The notes under the pieces: model-generated
What the model was told of the DNA's origin: nothing
What the model saw: only the letters and a program-made list of their open reading frames with translations
Database searches by the model: none
Sequence record: SRR31156797_707
Reading direction: 5' to 3' (one strand)
Length of the DNA: 64,000 nucleotides
Position numbers and translations under genes: made by a program
Shown: piece by piece, positions 1 through 9,378 of the stretch
Layout of the letters: every line of letters starts with the position of its first letter
How positions within the stretch are numbered: the stretch's first letter is position 1

Positions 1-2
1 TC

Positions 3-194
3 AGATAAAACTTCATCCGTACGCTCAGCATACCCGTGAAGGTTTTTATAGTCAAACCCGCAGCCCCACATCTCAGGAAGTATCATAATAGTATCTTGTT
101 CATCAGAATGTTGCGCTATAGCGTCAAGGAACATTTTCTTATTCCTTTCGAAATCAGAGAGCACAACAGGAAGCTGAAAAGAAACAATATTCAT
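3..194 (-). CDS. carbon-nitrogen hydrolase (nitrilase superfamily), 5' part only; truncated by window edge
   Basis: Not in ORF track. GAGGAG RBS then ATG at 194 gives MNIVSFQLPVVLSDFERNKK...IMILPEMWGCGF, containing the nitrilase-type 'LPE' catalytic Glu motif; frame stays open to the edge. Confidence 0.75.
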   Translation of the reverse strand, partial: MNIVSFQLPVVLSDFERNKKMFLDAIAQHSDEQDTIMILPEMWGCGFDYKNLHGYAERTDEVLS

Positions 195-362
195 GCCTAC
201 TCCTCTAAACGACACGAATTTTAAAACATAATTTCTGTTGTGTCAAGATGCTAAATAATTGTAAAGGGGGGCATGAAAAAAAGAGCACCACCAAAACCCT
301 TATACAATAAAGGTTTCGAAGATGCTCTTGTTTATAGAACAGTGATAAAAAGTTAAATATTT

Positions 363-1430
363 TTACCCTTTGTAATTCTCAGGTATGTACTCACAGAAAG
401 GTTCTTCAGCCATGTAATTTCCAGTTACAGCGTATGATCTGGCACGACAGCCGCCACAGACACCCAGATGTTTACAGGGGCCGCATTTGCCCTCATACTC
501 TCTGAAGTTTCTCATATCTTTAAATAATTCGGAAGTTTCCCATATCTCTTTAAGCGGTTTTTCGAAAACGTTCCCGCCGTTTACCGGGAAATATGAGCAA
601 GGGAGAACATCACCATTAGAGTTAACAAGAGCGATTGTCTGCCCTGCTATGCACCCTTTCCCTCCGCCTGTGGAGAAAGTGAGGCTTCTGCGGTCTTTAT
701 CCTTACCTTCAGCCTTGCTCCGCTCGTTCCATATTCTGTAGTATTGCGGTGCACAGGTCGGACGAACTAAAATCTCTTCCTCTTCACGCTCCATATCATA
801 ATGCCAGTTAAGTATCTCTTCGTAATCTTCCTTACTGATAAGCTCATCTAAAAGGTCTTCCCCACGACCGGTAGGAACTATGAGGAACATATACCATGCC
901 GTCGGGTTAAGTGATTTAGCTAGTTTGTATGTCGCCATAATGTCGTGCTGATTACGCTTAGCAAAGGACGAGTTAATTATAAATTTTATCCCGTGTTTTT
1001 TAAAGAGCGCAGCAGCCTCCATTACAGACTGGAAAGATCCTTCCTGCTGGCGGAAATCGTCGTGTATCTCCGGTGTTGAACCATCGAGGCTTAACGAGCA
1101 AATCCTTATCCCTGATGCTAACATCTTCTTACAGACTTCATCAGTAACGAGAGAGCCGTTTGTAGCCATAGCCATGCGTAAGCCTTTAGATGTCCCATAG
1201 CTTGCAATATCGAATATATCCTCTCTCATAAGCGGTTCTCCGCCTGTGAGCACTATTACAGGGTTAGCGAAATCAACAAGATCATCTATAAATTTTTTAG
1301 ATTTTTCGAGAGTAAATTTTCCAACAGCGGAGTGGATTCCGGAGGATGAGCGGCAGTGAACGCACTTCAGGTTGCATTTAGACGTAATTTCCCACGCCAT
1401 CCATTTTAAATCCCATTGTTTATCAGACAT
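363..1430 (-). CDS. ahbD: radical SAM/SPASM protein, AhbD/NirJ-like (probable heme b synthase / coproheme decarboxylase)
   Basis: CNLKCVHC radical SAM motif, GGEP, C-terminal SPASM cysteines (CIAG...CGPC...CGGCRAR...EPFC). Confidence 0.7.
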   Translation of the reverse strand: MSDKQWDLKWMAWEITSKCNLKCVHCRSSSGIHSAVGKFTLEKSKKFIDDLVDFANPVIVLTGGEPLMREDIFDIASYGTSKGLRMAMATNGSLVTDEVCKKMLASGIRICSLSLDGSTPEIHDDFRQQEGSFQSVMEAAALFKKHGIKFIINSSFAKRNQHDIMATYKLAKSLNPTAWYMFLIVPTGRGEDLLDELISKEDYEEILNWHYDMEREEEEILVRPTCAPQYYRIWNERSKAEGKDKDRRSLTFSTGGGKGCIAGQTIALVNSNGDVLPCSYFPVNGGNVFEKPLKEIWETSELFKDMRNFREYEGKCGPCKHLGVCGGCRARSYAVTGNYMAEEPFCEYIPENYKG

Positions 1431-1584
1431 ATCTTACTCCATTTGAATATTATATATACATTAACAGTATAGATGTTTTTTTCAATATCAAATAAACTCA
1501 ATAAACTGTAAAGATTCTAAACAATCTTTGATATACAAAAAAATAATGATATTATATAACAACAAATTATTCATTAGGTTATAT

Positions 1585-3567
1585 ATGAAAGAACTTATTT
1601 CAGCCATTGCGGAAGAGTTTTACAGCGAGATAGTACAGAATCACTACTTCTCAGCTTTTTTTATGGGAAAAGACTATAACTTTATAAAAAAGCATATGAA
1701 AGACTTTATGCATGACCAGCTCACATGCGAACCGGAAGATATCAATTTCCAAAAATCATATAAATTAGGGGTAAAGCACGCCAAAATCGGTGTTCCTCTT
1801 AATAATATTTTAAACTTTATCGATTACTATCAGACAAGCATTTATGAATACTGCGAAAATGACGGAAACGGATGTTCTGACATTAAACTCGGAAATATCG
1901 CTCATATTAAAAACTGGTTCGCCAAAGGTTATCTACATGAATCAGTAAGCAGGACAGATATGATGTCTGTTCCCCTCTTCTCTGTCCTTTCCACCACTAA
2001 AATAGCAACATCTGTAATAGCGTGGATAATGGACATAACCAGAAATGTTCAGGACGAAACCTTAAACCATAATGAATACCTGAGAAACGATAACTGCGAT
2101 CTGATTACATACCTTGATAAACCGTTCTTTAATATGATTTTTACAACTGAAGATAATTATTTTGAGTTCAATAAAAACCATTTTGAACTTCATAACACTG
2201 CAAACAGCCTTTTGTATTTCATTGAAAAAGAGGACTACACTCAAAGTTATATTGTTTATAACGACTTTGTTGAACAGTGTAAGTCTTTCCTTAATTTCTA
2301 TTTTGAAAGGCTTGTTCTCTTTGAGCAGAATAAAGAAAATTATTTTTACAACTTTGCAGAGAAGAAAATTGATTCGGGGAAAGAGATCAGCATTTTCACT
2401 TTTAATATCAGAAATATGCAGATGATTAACAGAGTTTGGGGACTTGAGAACGGTGATTTTATCGTTAACGAAGTTGAAAGGATAGTAGACAAGAAACACG
2501 GCATGAACAGTAAAGATTCGGTTTTTATTAAAACGAAGAATGCTGAATTTATAGTCCTCATCCTTGATAACTCAAAAGAGGAAGCCTTAAAACGCTTTCA
2601 GGAACTTGATAAAGAGGTTAAAAACAACATCCCTGTCAAAGGTGAGTTCAGTGCTGATATCAAAATATCCAGCTCATGCATCCCTCTTGGAGCACATTCA
2701 AGTGATATTGCTGACCATTTAAAAGTTTTCACCCAGCAAGCTATATTTTACTCTAAGACCGATGATAACTTACCTATCATATGCGACGATGAAAAGATTG
2801 AAATGCTTAATGGTAAGGTTATTAATGAGGAGAAGATTAAACACTTCATCAAGCAGTCTTTTAATAAAAAGAACTTTAAACCTTACTATCAAACCATACA
2901 TGATGCTAAAACCGGTGAGATTACCCACGCAGAGGCTCTGGCGAGAGTTTGCGATGATAAAACATGTGTGGGTGCAGGATATTTTATAGACTATCTTGTT
3001 GAATCTGAAAGGATTGTAGAGCTTGATAAAATCATGCTGGAGCGGATTCTTCAAGAACGTGAAGACCTTAAAAAGATCATTGATAAGATTTTTATTAATG
3101 TCAGCCCGAAGTCACTGAGGTCGTCAGAGTTCATTAGACTTCTTAAAAAATTTATAGTTAAGGCGAACAAACTTGAACTTGTTCCGGTATTTGAGATAAC
3201 CGAGCAGTCACTCCTTGATAACGTTAACCTTTTAAGGAAGCTGCACGATGAATATGGTACAGTTTTTGCCATTGATGATTTCGGTTCAGGCTATTCGAAC
3301 TTCAGCATGGTGTCAGAACTAGCCACAGAGGGGCTGATAAGATATCTTAAGATAGACGGCTCACTCATCAAAGATATTCATAGTAATAAATATAAAGAAA
3401 ATATAGTGTCTGGAATTATCAATATTGCATCGTCGCTAAACATGAAGATTGTGGCAGAATTTGTAGGAGATAAAGAGACCGCTGATAAACTAAGAGAATT
3501 AAAGTCTAACTACTTGCAGGGATTCTATTGTTCCGTACCTAAACCTATCGAAGAGTTTGATATATAA
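1585..3567 (+). CDS. c-di-GMP phosphodiesterase: globin-like sensor + CZB-like segment + degenerate GGDEF + EAL
   Basis: AEALAR, IFINVS, FEITE, AIDDFGSGYS, LKIDG, VAEFV, LQGFY EAL motifs; GGDEF site reads KNAEF. ORF limit is 1528; the ATG at 1585 is the likelier start. Confidence 0.8.
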   Translation: MKELISAIAEEFYSEIVQNHYFSAFFMGKDYNFIKKHMKDFMHDQLTCEPEDINFQKSYKLGVKHAKIGVPLNNILNFIDYYQTSIYEYCENDGNGCSDIKLGNIAHIKNWFAKGYLHESVSRTDMMSVPLFSVLSTTKIATSVIAWIMDITRNVQDETLNHNEYLRNDNCDLITYLDKPFFNMIFTTEDNYFEFNKNHFELHNTANSLLYFIEKEDYTQSYIVYNDFVEQCKSFLNFYFERLVLFEQNKENYFYNFAEKKIDSGKEISIFTFNIRNMQMINRVWGLENGDFIVNEVERIVDKKHGMNSKDSVFIKTKNAEFIVLILDNSKEEALKRFQELDKEVKNNIPVKGEFSADIKISSSCIPLGAHSSDIADHLKVFTQQAIFYSKTDDNLPIICDDEKIEMLNGKVINEEKIKHFIKQSFNKKNFKPYYQTIHDAKTGEITHAEALARVCDDKTCVGAGYFIDYLVESERIVELDKIMLERILQEREDLKKIIDKIFINVSPKSLRSSEFIRLLKKFIVKANKLELVPVFEITEQSLLDNVNLLRKLHDEYGTVFAIDDFGSGYSNFSMVSELATEGLIRYLKIDGSLIKDIHSNKYKENIVSGIINIASSLNMKIVAEFVGDKETADKLRELKSNYLQGFYCSVPKPIEEFDI

Positions 3568-3854
3568 TTAAAAAAAATGCTTGCTTTATATTTAAAAACT
3601 CCTATAGTGTTCTTAGTCAATCATTTACTCAGAAGATTCTGAGGGTTGTTTGCAAATTTGGATTGTTTTTTTGAATCAGAACTGAATCAGTTTACCAAGC
3701 TTCCTGTTGAATTTAATTCAATAATTGCCTACCTAAATTTGTTCATTGTTACTGCTTCCGCCGGCTTTGTTACGGCATCCAGTATTTTGTATCCATTACC
3801 CAGACTCCCCGAGAAATTTGTATTTTGACAATAATATTTTACGAGGAACAAATT

Positions 3855-4133
3855 ATGAACATTTATGTAGGAAACCTTAACTATGGTACATCAGAAGACG
3901 AGCTTTGCGAACTTTTCGAGAACATCGGAGAAGTTGACTCAGCTAGAATCATCACAGACAGAGAAACAGGTCGCTCAAAAGGCTTCGGTTTCGTAGAAAT
4001 GTCTGACGACGAAGCTGCTAAAAAAGCAATCGAAGACCTTAACGGTACAGATTTCGGTGGTAGAAACCTCACAGTTAACGAGGCTAAGCCAAGAAACAAC
4101 GACCGTGGCGGATTCAACAACAGAAGATACTAA
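3855..4133 (+). CDS. RRM RNA-binding protein (Rbp type)
   Basis: RNP2 IYVGNL, RNP1 KGFGFVEM, short Gly/Arg tail; GAGG RBS. Confidence 0.95.
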   Translation: MNIYVGNLNYGTSEDELCELFENIGEVDSARIITDRETGRSKGFGFVEMSDDEAAKKAIEDLNGTDFGGRNLTVNEAKPRNNDRGGFNNRRY

Positions 4134-4167
4134 TTAGATCTTCTAGTTAATCTTACTTAAAACAACA

Positions 4168-4197
4168 AAGCCGGATAGCAATATCCGGCTTTTTTTA
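4168..4197 (+). terminator. intrinsic terminator
   Basis: AAAGCCGGATA-GCAA-TATCCGGCTTTTTTT between convergent genes. Confidence 0.9.
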
Positions 4198-4219
4198 TCT
4201 CCAAATTTAAAGATGATTA

Positions 4220-4948
4220 TTAACTGATAAGGTTCTTAGCAATAGCGATTGCAACGGCGTGCTGCCTGTTAGTAGCATTAAGCTTGCTCTTGATGTTTTT
4301 GATATGAAAATTAACAGTATTTTCAGTAATATCGAGAATAGTCGCAACTTCCCACGATGTTTTACCGTGTTTAAGCCAAGTAAGCACACTAAGTTCTCTT
4401 TCACTAAGCTTTGCGATCTTCTTGTCTGAAACACTGGTGATTCTTACATAGCTAGACATGAGGTTAGCGTTCAGATACCCCGCAAGGGACTCAAACTTTT
4501 CCACGCCTTCTTCCGTATGATTAATAAATACGATAATGTTAGCAATGTTTGTATCTTTATTCATCTTATTCAGCAGATGATGGTAATTGTTTTTTTTAGA
4601 TTCTATTCCAACCTTTTGGTTAGCCTCAGTAACAAATTCAGGTTCTATATTAGTTTTAATAACCTCTTGACCTGATTTAATCTGAGCAAAGACTGGATCT
4701 TTTCTGAAGTGCTCCGGTGAAACTGTATAGTTATCTAGAAATTCTGTATTCTCTTTATCAGAGAATATAAGTTTAAACGTACACGTAGTATTAAACTCAA
4801 GTTCAGCCATTAAGACACTGTCATAACAGCCAAGCTGCTCTTTAGAGTTAATTAACATCTCCGCAAATGCATTAATTGTTTTTACACTTGATAAAGATGT
4901 AATAAGATCCAAAATCGCTTTGTAATCACTTTTGTTTAGCTCGTACAT
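4220..4948 (-). CDS. LuxR-family regulator with autoinducer-binding-like N-domain (LuxR solo)
   Basis: C-terminal LSERELSVL-W...GKTSWEVA-IL-ITENTVNFH HTH; N-domain NY...DPV; no luxI nearby. Extended -10 (TGGTATAAT) at 4979-4987 on the minus strand. Confidence 0.88.
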   Translation of the reverse strand: MYELNKSDYKAILDLITSLSSVKTINAFAEMLINSKEQLGCYDSVLMAELEFNTTCTFKLIFSDKENTEFLDNYTVSPEHFRKDPVFAQIKSGQEVIKTNIEPEFVTEANQKVGIESKKNNYHHLLNKMNKDTNIANIIVFINHTEEGVEKFESLAGYLNANLMSSYVRITSVSDKKIAKLSERELSVLTWLKHGKTSWEVATILDITENTVNFHIKNIKSKLNATNRQHAVAIAIAKNLIS

Positions 4949-4989
4949 TTTCAACCAACGTTTATATTGTATATAAACTATTATACCAT

Positions 4990-5040
4990 AAAAAAATGCC
5001 GTCAGATGCAAAGCCCGGAAAAATGTTGCGCTCTGACGGC
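4990..5040 (-). terminator. hairpin + U-tract upstream of luxR
   Basis: GCCGTCAGA (4998-5006) / TCTGACGGC (5032-5040) perfect 9-bp stem, followed on the minus strand by a T run. Confidence 0.7.
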
Positions 5041-5133
5041 CAATGCGGGATACGGTAGTTTTAGGTCTACCGTATTTCTTTATGTTTTGTATTATTTGTT
5101 TTGTTAACAGTTTAATTATTTTGTGTTCATAGA

Positions 5134-5179
5134 ACCTACAGATTTTACATATTAATTTAAACTACTAAAAGTGGTGGTT
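5134..5179. promoter_or_regulatory. two lux-box-like sites
   Basis: ACCTACAGATTTTACATATT (5134-5153, one good half-site) and AACTACTAAAAGTGGTGGTT (5160-5179, imperfect 20-bp dyad), resembling NNCT-N12-AGNN and adjacent to luxR. Confidence 0.4.
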
Positions 5180-5364
5180 TATGAAAATATATTATTATAA
5201 GTGAAAGGAGACTAGGATTTCATGTATGGGCAGCTAGTGCAGGAGCACTTGGGCGAGTCAGGAGTTTTGACCTTTCTGAAAAAATCTACAGTTTTTATTG
5301 TGACGTAAGCCGCTGCCCAGATGACAGCGGCTCCTACTAAAATATTTTCTATCATATCATACCT

Positions 5365-7554
5365 TTAAGTCATTATCTGATAAGTCGCAATTGAGGCTAA
5401 AAATGCCGCTAAAGTGTAGCCGACAACAGTAAACCCCGCCCATCTCCATGAGCCAGTCTCCTTGGCAATTGCAACAACTGTCACAAAACAAGGGGAGTAT
5501 AATAATGTAAATATAAGTAATGAAAATGCATTTGCAACCGTCCAGCCTGATTTCTTAACAAGACTTTCACCAAGCGGAACAGAATCCTCGATATCTACTT
5601 CACCGAGAGAGTACGCAGTACCAAGGGTTGACACTACTACTTCTTTAGCTGCAATACCTCCTAAAAGAGCGATATTAGTCTTCCAGTCAAATCCTGCGTA
5701 CTGACTAACCCCTTCTATAGAACGTCCAACCCTTCCAGCATAAGAGTCTCTGAGGGACTCTGCAGCCATCTCACTCTCAACTTCTATCAGCTTCTCACGA
5801 AGCTCTGATGCCACACTAGAAACTTCCTCAGAATCGCTATTTGCTTCTAATACAGCTTCTTTCGTGTAGACATTCTCTATTTCAGAAATTTTACTTTCGA
5901 AAACCTGAACTTTCTTCTCATCTAGAGCAGGAAATGTCATAAGTACCCAAAGGAGTATTGAGATCGCAAGAATGGTTGTACCCGCTTTACGGACATACAT
6001 CCAGCATCTCTCCCAAGCATGAATGATAAGCCCCTTAAGGGTCGGCGCTCTGTATGGAGGTAGCTCCATAACAAATGCTGAAGATTTCTCTTTTATGATA
6101 AATGAGCCTAGAATTCTCGCTATAGTAAGAGCTAAAAGCCAGCTCACAAGTGTGATCCCCAGCATAATCAAGCCCATATTCTCTTCGAAAAACGCTGCTA
6201 TGATAAGTGCATAGAGAGGTAGCTTAGCACCACAAGGCATAAATGGCGAGGTCAGTATAGTTACCAGCCTCTCCTTCTCACCTTTGATAGTCCTTGCCGC
6301 CATAACACCGGGAACAGCACAGCCGCCGGCGATACCACCGGAAACGATGTACGCTACAACAGAGTTCCCCTGAAGTCCGAAAGCTCTGAAAACCCTGTCC
6401 AGCATGTAAGCTGTACGAGCCATATAGCCTGAGTCCTCAAGAACTGCGATGGCAAAAAACATAAATAAGATAAGTGGAGCAAAGCCCAAAACACCGCCCA
6501 CACCATCGATCACACCGGATATCAGCAATGATTTCAACAAACCATCTTTAAGGTTGACATCAACGAAACCAGCAAGATGCTCAAAAGCAGTCTCAAACCA
6601 CATTACAGGGTATTCACTAGCCCAGAACGTAAACTCATATATCCCAAGAAGGAAAGCTAGCATAAGGAATGGACCTATAAACCTGTGAGTGAGAACCATA
6701 TCGATCTTATCACTCCAGTAGAGCCTGTCGAGGTTTGACTCCTCTGTTACCATTACGCCTTTCAGTATAGAATTGATGAATCCGTATCTGTAGTCAGCGA
6801 TAAGGTTTTCAGCAGTAGTTTTAACTGTCGCCTTAAGGTGTTTATTAAGCTTATCTGTTTTATCTATTAGTGCTTTATGAATATCTACATTAAGAGCACC
6901 CTGAGCGTGAACCTGCTCATCATTTTCGAGATATTTGAGTGCTACCCATCTTGCAGGGTATCTATCTGTGAGGAAATTATTCTTTTCGACTATCGGAGTC
7001 ATCTCCTCAAGAGCAGAATCTACGTCCGGACCGTAAGAAATTTTAAATTCAGGGAGAGGTCTGCCGGCTTCTATGTACTTTTCAATCCCGTCAAGGAGAT
7101 CACCAGTACCTTGGTTCTCTCTGGCGACAGTCTCCATGATATGAACACCAAGACGCTCTCTTAGCAGGTCAACATTAATATCGATATTACGTTTGCGGGC
7201 TACGTCCATCATGTTAAGTGTCATAACAACAGGGATTTTAAGCTCCATAAACTGGATGAACATATAGAGATTTCTCTCAAGATTAGAAGCGTCTAGCACG
7301 TCTACGACAACATCTGGCTTCTCGCCTACAACATAGTCTCTTGCTACGACCTCTTCGAGTGAATAGGGGCTGAGGCTGTAAGTACCCGGCAGATCGACAA
7401 CATTGTAATCAATACCGTTATGTACTATTCTTGATTCTTTCTTCTCTACAGTAACACCAGGATAGTTAGCTACGTGATAGTTAGCTCCGGTGATGTTATT
7501 GAAGAGGGAAGTTTTACCACAGTTAGGGTTTCCGGCGATGGCTATAGTTTTCAT
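5365..7554 (-). CDS. feoB: ferrous iron transporter FeoB
   Basis: GNPNCGKT, NYPGVTVE, DLPG, NMMD G-domain motifs plus polytopic membrane domain. Confidence 0.97.
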   Translation of the reverse strand: MKTIAIAGNPNCGKTSLFNNITGANYHVANYPGVTVEKKESRIVHNGIDYNVVDLPGTYSLSPYSLEEVVARDYVVGEKPDVVVDVLDASNLERNLYMFIQFMELKIPVVMTLNMMDVARKRNIDINVDLLRERLGVHIMETVARENQGTGDLLDGIEKYIEAGRPLPEFKISYGPDVDSALEEMTPIVEKNNFLTDRYPARWVALKYLENDEQVHAQGALNVDIHKALIDKTDKLNKHLKATVKTTAENLIADYRYGFINSILKGVMVTEESNLDRLYWSDKIDMVLTHRFIGPFLMLAFLLGIYEFTFWASEYPVMWFETAFEHLAGFVDVNLKDGLLKSLLISGVIDGVGGVLGFAPLILFMFFAIAVLEDSGYMARTAYMLDRVFRAFGLQGNSVVAYIVSGGIAGGCAVPGVMAARTIKGEKERLVTILTSPFMPCGAKLPLYALIIAAFFEENMGLIMLGITLVSWLLALTIARILGSFIIKEKSSAFVMELPPYRAPTLKGLIIHAWERCWMYVRKAGTTILAISILLWVLMTFPALDEKKVQVFESKISEIENVYTKEAVLEANSDSEEVSSVASELREKLIEVESEMAAESLRDSYAGRVGRSIEGVSQYAGFDWKTNIALLGGIAAKEVVVSTLGTAYSLGEVDIEDSVPLGESLVKKSGWTVANAFSLLIFTLLYSPCFVTVVAIAKETGSWRWAGFTVVGYTLAAFLASIATYQIMT

Positions 7555-7555
7555 A

Positions 7556-7789
7556 CTAATCCTCCACCTCAACCACAATGTGGTCCGCCTCGTTATTTCT
7601 AAGGCTGATTGTGAATCCTCTCACCTTTAAAGCTACAGGATCATTAAGCGGTGCACGACCAACGACTTTTATTTCTGCACCGGGGGTTAGCCCCATGTCG
7701 TTGATACGCTGTCTCAGCTCACCGTCACAGTGAACGCTGACAATACGCCCTTTCTGATTTTTCATCATTTTTCGCATGGATATTTCCAA
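7556..7789 (-). CDS. feoA: ferrous iron transport protein FeoA
   Basis: R..DMGLTPG...APLNDPV...ISLR pattern; directly upstream of feoB. Confidence 0.95.
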   Translation of the reverse strand: MEISMRKMMKNQKGRIVSVHCDGELRQRINDMGLTPGAEIKVVGRAPLNDPVALKVRGFTISLRNNEADHIVVEVED

Positions 7790-7801
7790 AATAAACTCCT
7801 A

Positions 7802-7820
7802 CTTGATATTGAATGTCAAC
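7802..7820. promoter_or_regulatory. Fur-type operator
   Basis: TTGA-TATTGAATG-TCAA dyad (7803-7819) immediately upstream of the feoA RBS. Confidence 0.7.
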
Positions 7821-7890
7821 ATCTATAACTCTACTTTAAGTATAAGTCAACAACAAAAGCACACAAGATATATATACCCATTTTTGAGCA

Positions 7891-7920
7891 CAAAAAAAGC
7901 GGACTTAATATAAGCCCGCT
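7891..7920 (-). terminator. intrinsic terminator
   Basis: Minus strand reads AGCGGGCTTA-TAT-TAAGTCCGCT-TTTTTT, downstream of trxA and the FmdB gene. Confidence 0.75.
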
Positions 7921-7964
7921 AGTTTATTCATATCGCATCCAACTGATACAAGAGGTTACTGCGC

Positions 7965-8165
7965 TCAGCCAAAACCTGAACCACCGCACGCTCCGCCTTT
8001 TAAGTTCGCAAATTGCGTACTTCCGGATGAAGTGCTTATGGAAGAGATAAGCTTTTCGCAATCCTCGCTGCTACAGCTAGGACACTCGATCTTTGTATCT
8101 TGATTGAAAACAAGTTTAGAGAACTGGTTCTCGCATTTTTTACACTTGTATTCGTAAATCGGCAT
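7965..8165 (-). CDS. FmdB-family zinc-ribbon protein
   Basis: MPIYEYKCKKC...CPSCSS...KLIS signature. Confidence 0.9.
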   Translation of the reverse strand: MPIYEYKCKKCENQFSKLVFNQDTKIECPSCSSEDCEKLISSISTSSGSTQFANLKGGACGGSGFG

Positions 8166-8176
8166 CAAAAAACCTC

Positions 8177-8494
8177 TTAGATATATTTCTTAAGAGCGTC
8201 TTCGTAAACACCTTTTGGCTGTACGCCGATGAACTGCTCAACTACTTTGCCTTCGTTGAAGATCATAACAGTAGGGATGCTCATAATGCCGTATTTAGCG
8301 GCGAGCTGCTGATTTTCATCTACGTTTACCTTAGCAACGCTTACTTTGTCTTCGTATTCAGAAGCAAGTGATTCTATAGTAGGTGTAAGCATTCTGCACG
8401 GTCCGCACCATACTGCCCAAAAGTCTACGAGTACAGGTACGCTAGACTCTATTACTTCAGTCTGAAAGCTAGCTTCGTTAAGTTCTGCTGCCAT
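8177..8494 (-). CDS. trxA: thioredoxin
   Basis: DFWAVWCGPC active site, SIPT. Confidence 0.97.
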   Translation of the reverse strand: MAAELNEASFQTEVIESSVPVLVDFWAVWCGPCRMLTPTIESLASEYEDKVSVAKVNVDENQQLAAKYGIMSIPTVMIFNEGKVVEQFIGVQPKGVYEDALKKYI

Positions 8495-8592
8495 GTGATT
8501 CCTCCTAAATGTCTGTCTTAGTAATACTATATTATTTTAATAATTTGTCAATCAATATACATCATATATTGCAATATTCATATATAAGTCAT

Positions 8593-9378
8593 TTAATGGA
8601 AAATACAACCCTTTTTATGCTGACATGTATCACATTTTTCACATGCTTTATACTTACAGTCTAATGCAATCCCAAGCCTTGTCAGGGCGAAGTCATACTT
8701 AGCGGGATCAGCCGAATTCAGCTTTCGGAAAAAACTGCTTACAGCTTCAAGATTAGCCTTAGTCGCTGATTCAGACTTGATTACACCATTGTTTTTAGCA
8801 AACCTAAGAATATGGGTATCTATAGGCATCATAAGCTCAGACGGATTGAATTTATCCCACAAACCGAAGTCAACATCATCTTTTCTCACCATCCAGCGCA
8901 GAAACATTCGCAGCCTTTTCGCACCAGAGGTTTTAGGGTTGGGAAAGAGGAAAAAGAAGCCCTTATCAGCATCAGGACACATCTCTTTAACAACTTCTGT
9001 GAAGTGCAGTATACCCTCTTCCAAAGTAGCTTTCTCCGCAAAGATTCTCTCAATGGAGCCGTACTGAGCGTACAATTTTTTCATAAACTGAGCGTAGTAG
9101 TAAACGTCATCTTTAGACTGAAAGCGATAATAAAGCCCTCTGTTTTCATCAGGTATATCTTCAGGAACAGTGCCGTACTGCTCAAAAAATGAGAGCAAAA
9201 ATGATTTGATAGCTTTGACATTACCATATGCAAAGCACGCCGCTGTCATAGCTATAAACTCTCTGTTACCATCTAAAGTATGCGGGTAATGTATAGGGTC
9301 GGTATGTATGAAATCTTTATTATTATAAAGGGAGTAAATCTCTTCAAAAAACTCTTTTGACCGCTTAAGGCTAGCCAT
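8593..9378 (-). CDS. TIGR02757/DUF2400 family protein (HhH-GPD-like)
   Basis: DPI..P, AYGNVK, KRLRMFLRWMVR..VDFGLW, PIDTH, DPAKYDFAL. Confidence 0.85.
   Translation of the reverse strand: MASLKRSKEFFEEIYSLYNNKDFIHTDPIHYPHTLDGNREFIAMTAACFAYGNVKAIKSFLLSFFEQYGTVPEDIPDENRGLYYRFQSKDDVYYYAQFMKKLYAQYGSIERIFAEKATLEEGILHFTEVVKEMCPDADKGFFFLFPNPKTSGAKRLRMFLRWMVRKDDVDFGLWDKFNPSELMMPIDTHILRFAKNNGVIKSESATKANLEAVSSFFRKLNSADPAKYDFALTRLGIALDCKYKACEKCDTCQHKKGCIFH

Noticed and set aside
36-224. 62-aa plus-strand ORF
   Set aside because: Shadow of the minus-strand nitrilase-family gene, which has an RBS and a recognisable motif.
3646-3828. 60-aa TTG-start ORF
   Set aside because: No recognisable features; better explained as the RRM gene leader.
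4990-5080. Possible c-di-GMP-I riboswitch (contains GCAAA and GGAAA)
   Set aside because: Order and pairing do not fit the GEMM P2/P3 pattern, and on the plus strand there is no downstream gene to control.
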